DNA of 64,000 bases from Clostridiales bacterium (GCA_020063565.1 JAICDB010000009.1:65393-129392), one strand, 5' to 3'. Numbered from the stretch's first letter, positions 56,121 through 64,000 are shown. Numbers and translations are program-made. The notes: generated from the letters alone by a model not told the origin.

Positions 56121-56258
56121 AAAGGAGCACGAGAGACACGAGAAGTTCAAGGCGGCGAAGGCTCCGAGCAGCGGAGCGTACATCTAAAAGTACGTGAGCA
56201 GCGCAGGAGACAAGCCAACGCCGAAATTCGAAGTGGATTTCGCGCGGACTTTTCAAAT
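56115..56258 (+). repeat. Copy C of the repeat family, flanked by a 20-bp perfect direct repeat
   Basis: Termini ATTTGAAAAG/CTTTTCAAAT. Direct repeats AAATTTCCACTTTACAAAAA at 56094..56113 and 56255..56274. Confidence 0.9.
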
Positions 56259-56351
56259 TTCCACTTTACAAAAAGTAGGTAAAAGTGTAAGGTATATCGG
56301 GGGACGCGAGGATTCTCGCTTCCCCAATTTACTGTTGGGAGGAAGATTTTA

Positions 56352-56981
56352 ATGTCTAAAGTACATACTTTTGATCACCCGCTGATTCAACACAAGCTTG
56401 GCCTCATCAGGGATAAAAATACCGGTTCAAAGGACTTCAGGGAGCTTGTTGAAGAAGTTTCCATGCTGATGGCTTATGAAGTATTCAGAGATCTCCCCCT
56501 GGAAGAGAAGGAAGTGGAGACTCCGATTTGTAAAACCACAGTTAAGTCTATCAGCGGCAAAAAGGTTGGAATCGTTCCTATCTTAAGGGCGGGTCTGGGA
56601 ATGGTCGAAGGAATGGTAAAGCTGATTCCGGCAGCTAAAGTAGGACACGTGGGACTTTACAGGGACCCCGAAACACTGAAGCCAGTGGAATACTACTGCA
56701 AGCTTCCCACTGACGTTGAGGAAAGGGACCTTATCATCGTTGATCCCATGCTGGCAACAGGGGGGTCCGCTTCAGCAGCCATAACATTTTTAAAAGAAAG
56801 GGGAGCCAAGAGCATTAAGCTTGTCTGCCTTATCTCTGCTCCCGAAGGCATTGAAAAGGTTCACTCCGAGCACCCGGATGTACCCATCTTTACAGCAGCG
56901 GTAGATGAAAAACTCAACGAACATGCTTACATAGTACCCGGCCTGGGAGACGCCGGAGACCGCCTCTTTGGAACCAAGTGA
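56352..56981 (+). CDS. upp: Uracil phosphoribosyltransferase
   Basis: 209 aa. ILRAGLGM and [13 protein letters not shown] motifs. Confidence 0.95.
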   Translation: MSKVHTFDHPLIQHKLGLIRDKNTGSKDFRELVEEVSMLMAYEVFRDLPLEEKEVETPICKTTVKSISGKKVGIVPILRAGLGMVEGMVKLIPAAKVGHVGLYRDPETLKPVEYYCKLPTDVEERDLIIVDPMLATGGSASAAITFLKERGAKSIKLVCLISAPEGIEKVHSEHPDVPIFTAAVDEKLNEHAYIVPGLGDAGDRLFGTK

Positions 56982-57048
56982 ATCAAGGGAAGCCAAGGGG
57001 ACGGTTCTTCTGGCTCATTGGGAAATTATGAATGAAAGGTGTATTATC

Positions 57049-57489
57049 ATGCGAAAGGATTGGGATACATACTTTATGGATATTGCCTTTGAAGTGGCCA
57101 CAAGGAGTACCTGCCCGCGGAGGTATGTGGGGGCTGTAGTTGTTAAGGACAGAAGAATTAAGGGGACAGGCTATAACGGCAGCGCCTCGAGACTGCCCCA
57201 CTGTATTGATGAAGGTTGTATGGTGGTCAATAACCACTGTATCAGGACTATCCATGCGGAAGTTAACGCGCTTTTAGAATGTACTCCTGAGGAGAGACAG
57301 GGCGCTACCATCTATGTCACGGACCGTCCCTGCGCCGAATGCTCAAAGCTTATTATTTCTACCGGCATTAAAAAAGTAGTATACGCCAGGGATTATCATA
57401 TTGATTACGACTGGTTCTCCCGGGCTCCCTGGGTAGAGGTAGTGCATTTAGCGGATTATGATAATCCTCATGCCAAAACCGGTAAATAG
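57049..57489 (+). CDS. comEB: dCMP deaminase (ComEB type)
   Basis: HAEVNAL and PCAECSKLI zinc motifs. ATG 57049 has an AAAGGTG RBS. Confidence 0.85.
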   Translation: MRKDWDTYFMDIAFEVATRSTCPRRYVGAVVVKDRRIKGTGYNGSASRLPHCIDEGCMVVNNHCIRTIHAEVNALLECTPEERQGATIYVTDRPCAECSKLIISTGIKKVVYARDYHIDYDWFSRAPWVEVVHLADYDNPHAKTGK

Positions 57490-57509
57490 TTGTATTGAAG
57501 GTGAATAAA

Positions 57510-58136
57510 ATGGAGAACTTAGCACTCCCAAAGCTTAACGCCCTTTCCCCCACTCTGGACTCTACACTCCTGAAAATGATGGAGGAGATAGGGGAGCTTT
57601 CGGAACAACTGGAACTCCTTGAAGAAGGTGAAGGCTCCATCAGTTCAGTGGCAGAAGAACTTCTTGACCTTGCCCAAACGGTTATTACACTCATGTTCGT
57701 TTTTGAAAAGGAAGGAATCAGAGTGCAGGAATGGTTGGACGACCATATTGAAAAGCTTATAGAAAAGAAATATCTCAAGCCTGAACGCAGAGACGAGATT
57801 CTACTTAAGTCTGACGGCAAATACCAGTATATTTCCTTACCGCAGTTAAATATCTCAGGGGTAACCCTGGATAAAACACTGCGCAATATCAACAAGGCAA
57901 TGGGAAGGCTTGCCCAGGCCAGGGGAAAGTTCAGGGGAATGAACGGTGAAAATTGCATGCCAAAATCATCTGAAGTTAACAAAATCATGGGACTTGCTCT
58001 TCTTCACGTTGCCCAGTGCTGCTATACGATGATGTATGTTCTCAAAAACCAGTACGGTGTAAATATCAAAGAAATTGTAGAGAGACATCTTGAAAAACTG
58101 GAAAGAAAAGGGTATTTAAGTTCCAAGGTGTCTTAA
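57510..58136 (+). CDS. Tandem MazG-like all-alpha NTP-pyrophosphohydrolase-fold protein (second half degenerate)
   Basis: N-half MMEEIGELSEQ...AEELLDLAQ. Both halves end H(I/L)EKL(I/E)(E/R)K(K/G)YL. The C-half has KAMGRLAQA in place of the EExGE motif. Confidence 0.5.
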   Translation: MENLALPKLNALSPTLDSTLLKMMEEIGELSEQLELLEEGEGSISSVAEELLDLAQTVITLMFVFEKEGIRVQEWLDDHIEKLIEKKYLKPERRDEILLKSDGKYQYISLPQLNISGVTLDKTLRNINKAMGRLAQARGKFRGMNGENCMPKSSEVNKIMGLALLHVAQCCYTMMYVLKNQYGVNIKEIVERHLEKLERKGYLSSKVS

Positions 58137-58170
58137 AGGTCATTGATGGCAGGCCTTTTTATTTCTTGTT

Positions 58171-58212
58171 AAATATATCTACAATATGGTATACTATATT
58201 GTAGATATATTT
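58171..58212. promoter_or_regulatory. 17-bp-arm perfect palindrome overlapping the mazEF promoter (likely autoregulation operator)
   Basis: AAATATATCTACAATAT-GGTATACT-ATATTGTAGATATATTT, 25 nt upstream of the mazE start. The spacer contains the -10-like TATACT. Confidence 0.6.
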
Positions 58213-58236
58213 GTATCATAAATAAGGAGGCGTTTT

Positions 58237-58485
58237 ATGGGAAGTTCAACAGTTAGAATAAGTGATGATACCTTAAAAATTCTAAGGGAGATTGCAAATC
58301 AAGCAGGAAAACCTATGCAGGAAATACTTGATAAAGCAATCGAAGAGTATCGGAGAAAGCAATTTCTGATAGAAGCTAATAAAGCTTATGCTAATTTAAA
58401 AAATAATCCTCAAAAATGGCAAGAAGAGCTAAAAGAAAGAAAAGAATGGGATTCTACTCTTGCCGATGGATTGGAGGATAAGTAA
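58237..58485 (+). CDS. mazE: Ribbon-helix-helix antitoxin (MazE/EndoAI type)
   Basis: 82 aa. N-terminal RHH (STVRISDDTLKILREIA). The stop abuts the mazF ATG. Confidence 0.75.
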   Translation: MGSSTVRISDDTLKILREIANQAGKPMQEILDKAIEEYRRKQFLIEANKAYANLKNNPQKWQEELKERKEWDSTLADGLEDK

Positions 58486-58824
58486 ATGAAACCTTCAAGG
58501 GGCGAGGTGTGGCTTGTAGAACTTAATCCTGTGCGTGGACATGAACAGGCAGGAACAAGGCCGTGCCTAGTTGTTTCAGTTGATTTATTCAATCATGGGC
58601 CGGCGGATCTTGCTGTTGTTTTACCAATTACTACTAAGAATAAAGGGATTCCTTTCCATGCTGAAATAATGCCACCGGAAGGTGGCTTGAAAGAGAGATG
58701 CTTCATAAAATGTGAGGATGTCAGGTCTGTATCAACAGATAGATTTATAGAACGGTGGGGTGCGGTATCTTTAGATACATTAGCATTAGTTGAAGATAGA
58801 CTGAGGATTTTGATGGGATTATAA
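58486..58824 (+). CDS. mazF: MazF/PemK-family mRNA interferase toxin
   Basis: RGEVWLVELNPVRGHEQAGTRPCLVVS is the hallmark PemK N-terminus. 112 aa. Confidence 0.9.
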   Translation: MKPSRGEVWLVELNPVRGHEQAGTRPCLVVSVDLFNHGPADLAVVLPITTKNKGIPFHAEIMPPEGGLKERCFIKCEDVRSVSTDRFIERWGAVSLDTLALVEDRLRILMGL

Positions 58825-58999
58825 TTTTACATAATGTTTTCTATTTATTATCCAATTATATTTCTGCTTAAAATTTTAAAGGTATTTTCATTTTTTTGTC
58901 GAATAGTAAACTCTTGTATGAAAAATAACATTCCACAGGAATTCTGTTACTGATTTGTATACTATCTTCCAATTTGCAGCAAACTTATTTTGTAGAGAA

Positions 59000-59025
59000 T
59001 GCTCGAAAGGAGCGCTTTTCGAACA
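59000..59025 (+). repeat. Hairpin-only copy E2 of the repeat family (imperfect)
   Basis: TGCTCGAAAGG-AGCG-CTTTTCGAACA, followed by TCCTCTTGAAGA as in E1 and copy A. Confidence 0.7.
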
Positions 59026-59056
59026 TCCTCTTGAAGACATACAGAGGAGGAATTTT

Positions 59057-60202
59057 GTGATTAAAGTTCTTACAGTATTCGGTACCAGGCCGGAAGCAAT
59101 CAAAATGGCTCCGCTTGTCAAAAAACTGGAAGAACATCCCGAGATTGAAAGTCGCGTGCTGGTTACGGCCCAGCACCGGGAAATGCTCGATATGGTTCTG
59201 GAGCTTTTCCAAATCAAGCCCCATTATGATTTAAATATCATGAAGGAACGCCAGACCCTTACCGGCGTAACCACAAGGGTCCTGGAAGGAATTGAAAAGG
59301 TTTTTGCAAACGAAAAACCTGATCTGGTTTTGGTGCACGGGGATACCACAACCACCTTTACGGCGTCCCTTGTTTCCTTTTATCATAAAATTTCTGTTGG
59401 GCATGTAGAGGCAGGCCTGAGGACTTCCAATAAGTACTCGCCCTTCCCGGAGGAGATCAACCGCAGGCTTACCGGCTCGCTGGCCGACCTGCATTTTGCA
59501 CCGACTGCCATTGCAAAAAACAATCTTCTCAGGGAAAACACTCCCGAAAAGGGAATTTTCATTACAGGCAACACTGTCATAGATGCGCTTTTAAGCGCTG
59601 TAAATAAAAACTTTGCTTTTGAGGGAAGACTAAAGAGTATAGATTTTGTCGGTAAAAAGGTAGTGTTGGTAACTGCTCACCGCAGGGAAAACTTGGGTCG
59701 TCCCATGGAAAACATCTTTACCGCACTTAAGGAAATTGTTGAAGGGAATGAGCAGGTGGAGGTAGTTTTTCCGGTTCATAAAAACCCCCGGGTTAGGGAA
59801 CACGCCTATAGTGTGCTGGCTGGGCTGGAGAGGGTCCATTTAATAGAGCCGCTTGATTACGAACCATTTATTAACCTCATGGACCGCTCTTACATGGTGC
59901 TCACAGATTCAGGGGGAATGCAGGAAGAGGCTCCGGCCCTTGGTAAGCCCGTACTGGTCCTGAGGGACACCACAGAACGCCCGGAAGCAGTGGAGGCAGG
60001 CACTGTAAAGCTTGTCGGAACAGATAAAAAACAAATAATAGCTGCTGCCATGGAGCTTCTCACAGATAAGCGGGAATATGACAAAATGGCAAATGCAGTC
60101 AATCCTTACGGGGATGGCAGGGCTTCAGAAAGAATAGTACAAGCCTTACTGTACTACTTTGGCAGGAAATCCCATCCCCCCCGGGAATGGAGCCTTAATT
60201 GA
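59057..60202 (+). CDS. wecB: UDP-N-acetylglucosamine 2-epimerase (non-hydrolysing)
   Basis: VFGTRPEAIKMAP, VHGDTTT, TDSGGMQEEAP motifs. GTG 59057 has an AGAGGAGG RBS; the upstream part of the track ORF crosses repeat E2. Confidence 0.88.
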   Translation: MIKVLTVFGTRPEAIKMAPLVKKLEEHPEIESRVLVTAQHREMLDMVLELFQIKPHYDLNIMKERQTLTGVTTRVLEGIEKVFANEKPDLVLVHGDTTTTFTASLVSFYHKISVGHVEAGLRTSNKYSPFPEEINRRLTGSLADLHFAPTAIAKNNLLRENTPEKGIFITGNTVIDALLSAVNKNFAFEGRLKSIDFVGKKVVLVTAHRRENLGRPMENIFTALKEIVEGNEQVEVVFPVHKNPRVREHAYSVLAGLERVHLIEPLDYEPFINLMDRSYMVLTDSGGMQEEAPALGKPVLVLRDTTERPEAVEAGTVKLVGTDKKQIIAAAMELLTDKREYDKMANAVNPYGDGRASERIVQALLYYFGRKSHPPREWSLN

Positions 60203-60368
60203 ATAATAACTGGTAATACTATTGTTTTTTAGGTTGTTTTTAATGAACTTGGCTAGAAGACATAGGTGTTGAAAGGACTTTCACAAAGTTATAACGAACA
60301 AGTAGTAAATATAAAAATTTAATATATAAAATAAGTTTTTCTTATATACCGACTAAGGGTGTTGAAAT

Positions 60369-60641
60369 GTGAAAAAGGACTATTTCAATTATGCCCGTTA
60401 TGCCAATTTTGCACTGTCCTTTGGCGTCACTTCAATAGCTGCCATGCTTCTTTGCTTTTTTGGAGGGCAGTGGCTGGATAAAAAATTGGGAACTTCACCT
60501 GCATTTCTATTAATAGGAATTTTTCTGGGAATAGCGGTAACCTTTAAGAGTCTCATGACAGAACTCAAGATTTTAAATAAATCAGAAGAGCTTTATGAGG
60601 AAGAGGAAAAGGAGAAGAACGGGGGAAAAAGCAAGCAGTGA
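60369..60641 (+). CDS. AtpZ/ATPase_gene1-like small membrane protein
   Basis: 90 aa, 2 TM (GGQWLDKKLGT motif). First gene of the atp operon. Confidence 0.65.
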   Translation: MKKDYFNYARYANFALSFGVTSIAAMLLCFFGGQWLDKKLGTSPAFLLIGIFLGIAVTFKSLMTELKILNKSEELYEEEEKEKNGGKSKQ

Positions 60642-61003
60642 AGTTTACCGATTTCAAAAACAGGGTTGTCCAGATTGTAGTTTTTGGTCTTATAACTGCG
60701 GCGCTGGGCTATTTGTTTGTGGATCACAGGTTTGGAATTGGAGTCATTGCCGGACTGCCTTTTAGCATATTTAATTTTTGGCTTGTGGCCAGCGCTGTGG
60801 AAGGACTTGAGGGAGAAAGTCCCCGCCGGTCCCAGAACAGGTTCATGCTGAGGTCTTTCCTGAGAATGTTTATTTCCATGGCTGTTCTGTTTATCTCAAT
60901 AAAGTGGGGCATTTACTTCATGTTAGGGGTTGCCATGGGACTTATCCTGCAAATGCTTACTTACTTTAAGGATGCTGTAAAATTGCTTTCCGGAAAGGGG
61001 TGA
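60638..61003 (+). CDS. atpI: ATP synthase protein I
   Basis: 121 aa, 4 TM. Located directly upstream of atpB. Confidence 0.7.
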   Translation: MKFTDFKNRVVQIVVFGLITAALGYLFVDHRFGIGVIAGLPFSIFNFWLVASAVEGLEGESPRRSQNRFMLRSFLRMFISMAVLFISIKWGIYFMLGVAMGLILQMLTYFKDAVKLLSGKG

Positions 61004-61007
61004 AATC

Positions 61008-61712
61008 GTGGAACATATAATGGAAAAGATAGTCCATAAACTGGCCCATGTAATGGAACATATCCAGCCGTATGTAGCTTATAAAGTAGGTCCCGTGGAA
61101 ATTACAGATACAGTTGTAACAACCTGGATTGTAATGATTGTTTTATTTGCAGTAATATTTTTCTTTACAAGGGGCTTGAGCGAAAAACCTACAACTAAAA
61201 GACAACACATCATTGAAATGATCGTAGGATTTATTGTGGATTTAATAGACTCTATTCTAGGCAAGCAAGGCAGAAAATATCTACCTCTAATCGGCACACT
61301 ATTCATATTTATTCTCTTTTTGAACCTGTCATGGTTTATACCGACATTGAAACCACCTACCATGGACTTAAGTACTACAGCGGCCTTTGCAGTAACAACT
61401 ATAATCATAGTTCAGCTGATAGGTATCAAGAAAAAGGGAATAGTCGGGTATGTGAAGCACTTTTTTGAACCAGTACCGTTTCTTTTTCCGCTAAATGTCC
61501 TGGAGGAGCTGGTAAAACCCTTCTCCCTTGCACTCCGTCTTTTCGGAAACATGTTTGGGGAAGAAATGGTAGTGACAATTCTTTTCATTATCTTGCCGCT
61601 GTTTTTGCCGGTACCAATCCAGGTACTGGGAGTGTTAATGGGTACAATCCAGGCTATGGTGTTTACAATGCTACCAGTTATATATATAGCTAGCTTCATA
61701 CACGGCCATTAA
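61008..61712 (+). CDS. atpB: F0F1 ATP synthase subunit a
   Basis: Conserved LALRLFGNMFGEE (essential Arg) motif. Confidence 0.92.
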   Translation: MEHIMEKIVHKLAHVMEHIQPYVAYKVGPVEITDTVVTTWIVMIVLFAVIFFFTRGLSEKPTTKRQHIIEMIVGFIVDLIDSILGKQGRKYLPLIGTLFIFILFLNLSWFIPTLKPPTMDLSTTAAFAVTTIIIVQLIGIKKKGIVGYVKHFFEPVPFLFPLNVLEELVKPFSLALRLFGNMFGEEMVVTILFIILPLFLPVPIQVLGVLMGTIQAMVFTMLPVIYIASFIHGH

Positions 61713-61739
61713 TTCCGGTAAACACCTCTTAATTTGTAA

Positions 61740-62000
<261 letters not shown>

Positions 62001-62032
62001 GATGGAACAACATCTTAAAATGAAAAGGTACA

Positions 62033-62057
62033 TACCGGGGGATATTTTCCCCCGGTA
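62033..62057 (+). other. Strong stem-loop immediately after atpE without a U-tract (mRNA stabiliser or processing hairpin candidate)
   Basis: TACCGGGGG-ATATTTT-CCCCCGGTA, 9-bp stem. Confidence 0.5.
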
Positions 62058-62158
62058 AAACTACAAGTGCCGTGTAAGACGCAAAGTATGGATTGTAAAA
62101 TGAATTCCGGGCGGGGTGAAGCTTCGAGTATATTTCCCTGCCTTTTTCAAAAAATGAG

Positions 62159-62305
62159 TGTTCGAAAAGGAGCACGAGAGACACGAGAAGTTCAAGGCGG
62201 CGAAGGCTTCGAGCAGCGGAGCGTAGTATAGAAACCTACGTGAGCAGCGCAGGAGACGAGCCAACGTAGAAATTCGAAGTGGATTTCGCGCGGACTTTTT
62301 GAACA
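62159..62305 (+). repeat. Long copy D of the repeat family, inside the atp operon (atpE-atpF spacer)
   Basis: TGTTCGAAAAGGAGCACGAGAGACACGAGAAG...GCGTAGTATAGAAACCTACGT...GAAATTCGAAGTGGATTTCGCGCGGACTTTTTGAACA. A partial extra fragment GGCGGGGTGAAGCTTCGAG lies near 62111..62129. Confidence 0.9.
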
Positions 62306-62350
62306 TCCTATAAAATAAAAACCCTGGTGTACAAGGGGGGGGACAGCTAT

Positions 62351-62857
62351 ATGGCTTCTGTACTGGAGGCCCTTCACTTCAACTTTTCAACCTTTATACT
62401 GCAAGCAATCAACCTTCTGATAGTGATGGGAGTTCTCTATATTCTTTTATACAAACCATTGATGAGGGTTATAGAAGAAAGGGACAACAAAATAGAAAAC
62501 AACCTGCAGGAAGCACAGTCTGCCAAGGAAGAGGCAAATGAACTCCTTGCTCAATATAAGGAGCAGTTGGGGCAGGCAAGGGAAGAAGCACGGGGTATTA
62601 TTGAAAATGCCAAGAAAATTGGCGACGATACCCGTGAGAGAATTATAGCGGAAGCCCGTGAAGAGGCCAACAAAACACTTGAAAAGGCTAAAAGAGAAAT
62701 TGAAACAGAAAAGGCAAAGGCCCTGGGAGAAATCCGCTCAGAAGCAGCTACTCTTGCAGTACTAGTTGCAGGTAAGGTTATCAAGAAGGAATTGGACACT
62801 GAGGAGCACAAAAGACTGGCTCAGGAATTTGTTGATGAGGTAGGCGAAGTACAATGA
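62351..62857 (+). CDS. atpF: F0F1 ATP synthase subunit b
   Basis: N-terminal TM then a long charged helix. ATG 62351 has a G-rich RBS. Confidence 0.9.
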   Translation: MASVLEALHFNFSTFILQAINLLIVMGVLYILLYKPLMRVIEERDNKIENNLQEAQSAKEEANELLAQYKEQLGQAREEARGIIENAKKIGDDTRERIIAEAREEANKTLEKAKREIETEKAKALGEIRSEAATLAVLVAGKVIKKELDTEEHKRLAQEFVDEVGEVQ

Positions 62858-63405
62858 GTGACAAATCCGTAGCTCGCCGTTATGCACAGGCTCTGTTCGA
62901 ACTGGGTCAGGAAAAGGATCTGCTGGAAGAAATCCAAAAGGATTTAAAGCTGGTCATAAACGTTATAGCTGAAAATGAAGAGCTGAAAAAGGTTGTAGAA
63001 CATCAACTGATTATGGCAGAAGACAAACAGGAAATATTTAAGGAAATCTTTGCAGATAAAGTCAATCCAATCACTCTCAATTTCCTGCTTCTTGTCATTC
63101 AGAAAAGAAGAGAGTTTTATCTCCAAAGTATGTATGAACAATTTCTGGAATATCTCGATGAATTCCGGGGAATTGAAGAAGCCCGGGTTAAATCTGCCGT
63201 TCAGTTAAGTGATGATATCAGGAAAAGCCTGGAAAAACAGCTCGAAAAGGTTACAGGTAAGAAAATTCGCCTGAAAACGGAGGTAGATCCGGAAATACTT
63301 GGCGGGCTCACTGTAAGAATAGGCGATAAGGTAATAGATGGAAGCATTAAAACCAGGTTAAATTTGCTCCAAAAACATTTACGGCAGACAGAACTTGCAA
63401 AGTGA
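62854..63405 (+). CDS. atpH: F0F1 ATP synthase subunit delta
   Basis: 183 aa. VARRYAQALFEL N-terminus and C-terminal GGL(T)VRIGDKVIDGS motif. Confidence 0.9.
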   Translation: MSDKSVARRYAQALFELGQEKDLLEEIQKDLKLVINVIAENEELKKVVEHQLIMAEDKQEIFKEIFADKVNPITLNFLLLVIQKRREFYLQSMYEQFLEYLDEFRGIEEARVKSAVQLSDDIRKSLEKQLEKVTGKKIRLKTEVDPEILGGLTVRIGDKVIDGSIKTRLNLLQKHLRQTELAK

Positions 63406-63418
63406 GGGGTGAGAAAAG

Positions 63419-64000
63419 ATGAGCATTCGACCCGATGAAATAAGTTCCATCCTCAAAGACCAGATAGAAAATTTTGACCAGGAAGTTGATGTGGCAGAGG
63501 TGGGAACTGTAATACAGATTGGGGACGGTATTGCCAGAATTTACGGCTTAGAGAAGGCAATGGCCGGTGAAATGCTGGAGTTTCCCGGCGGAGTTTACGG
63601 CATGGTACTCAACCTTGAAGAGGATAATATTGGTTGTGTTATCCTGGGACCCTATACTCAAATTAAGGAAGGCGACCAGGTCAAAAGAACAGGCCGTGTT
63701 GTGGAGGTTCCGGCGGGACCTGCCATGATAGGCCGCGTTGTTAATGCCCTGGGTCAGCCTATAGACGGAATGGGCCCAATTGAAACTAATGAAACCCGTC
63801 CTGTGGAATTTAAGGCTCCGGGTGTTGTTGCACGTAAGCCTGTGGACGTACCGCTGCAAACAGGTCTCAAGGCTATTGACTCACTGGTTCCAATCGGTAG
63901 GGGCCAGAGGGAGTTAATTATTGGTGACAGGCAGACAGGAAAAACGGCAGTAGCTGTAGATACAATTATCAATCAAAAGGGTCAGGACGTTATCTGCATT
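63419..64000 (+). CDS. atpA: F0F1 ATP synthase subunit alpha, 3' end beyond the window
   Basis: ATG 63419 after a [32 protein letters not shown]... to P-loop GDRQTGKTA. Open to nt 64000, so it is absent from the ORF track. Confidence 0.93.
   Translation, partial: MSIRPDEISSILKDQIENFDQEVDVAEVGTVIQIGDGIARIYGLEKAMAGEMLEFPGGVYGMVLNLEEDNIGCVILGPYTQIKEGDQVKRTGRVVEVPAGPAMIGRVVNALGQPIDGMGPIETNETRPVEFKAPGVVARKPVDVPLQTGLKAIDSLVPIGRGQRELIIGDRQTGKTAVAVDTIINQKGQDVICI

Noticed and set aside
56299-56330. Hairpin GGGGACGCGAG..CTCGCTTCCCC upstream of upp as a PyrR attenuator or glyA terminator
   Set aside because: The stem has an internal mismatch and there is no U-tract. The PyrR binding-loop consensus is absent.
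62061-62377. Minus-strand ORFs 62061..62306 and 62192..62377 in the atpE-atpF spacer
   Set aside because: They are antisense to the atp operon, lie inside repeat copy D, and have no RBS. They are artefacts of the repeat.

Overview
Chromosomal segment, about 42% GC by eye, from a strictly anaerobic low-GC Firmicute. Gene content looks Clostridia/Peptococcaceae-like, but the taxon cannot be named from sequence alone. I call about 67 protein genes. I found no rRNA, tRNA, CRISPR array, transposase, integrase or phage genes. Left to right: UbiD/UbiA pair, acyl-CoA ligase, KdpD/KdpE next to KtrBA, hydF with a short aspartase-like lyase, fluoride riboswitch-crcB, a four-domain CoADR-rhodanese-TusA-DsrE fusion, nrfHA, cooS with an Fe-S protein and a Crp/Fnr regulator, two OmpR-type two-component systems (one divergent from htrA), a NuoE/NuoF/GltD-chimera operon (candidate bifurcating transhydrogenase), znuACB-zur, a Nik/Opp-type ABC importer with a TsaA-like gene, a MacB-type exporter, then the conserved rpiB-glyA-upp-comEB-mazEF-wecB-atpIBEFHA block. 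The most interesting signals are non-coding. (1) A six-copy structured repeat family with TGTTCGAAAAG/CTTTTCGAACA ends, always co-oriented with transcription. It shows compensatory changes, one copy rewrote the glyA stop codon with a 20-bp duplication, and one copy sits inside the atp operon. (2) Two paralogous two-hairpin leaders (7-bp stem with ACGAA pentaloop, plus a GCCATGAAGGT-containing terminator) lie upstream of the Nik/Opp-like importer and an FmdE-like gene. (3) Five co-oriented DnaA boxes plus an AT-rich palindrome lie downstream of htrA, with no dnaA nearby. All coordinates were counted by hand. Functional calls rest on motif recognition, not on database searches.
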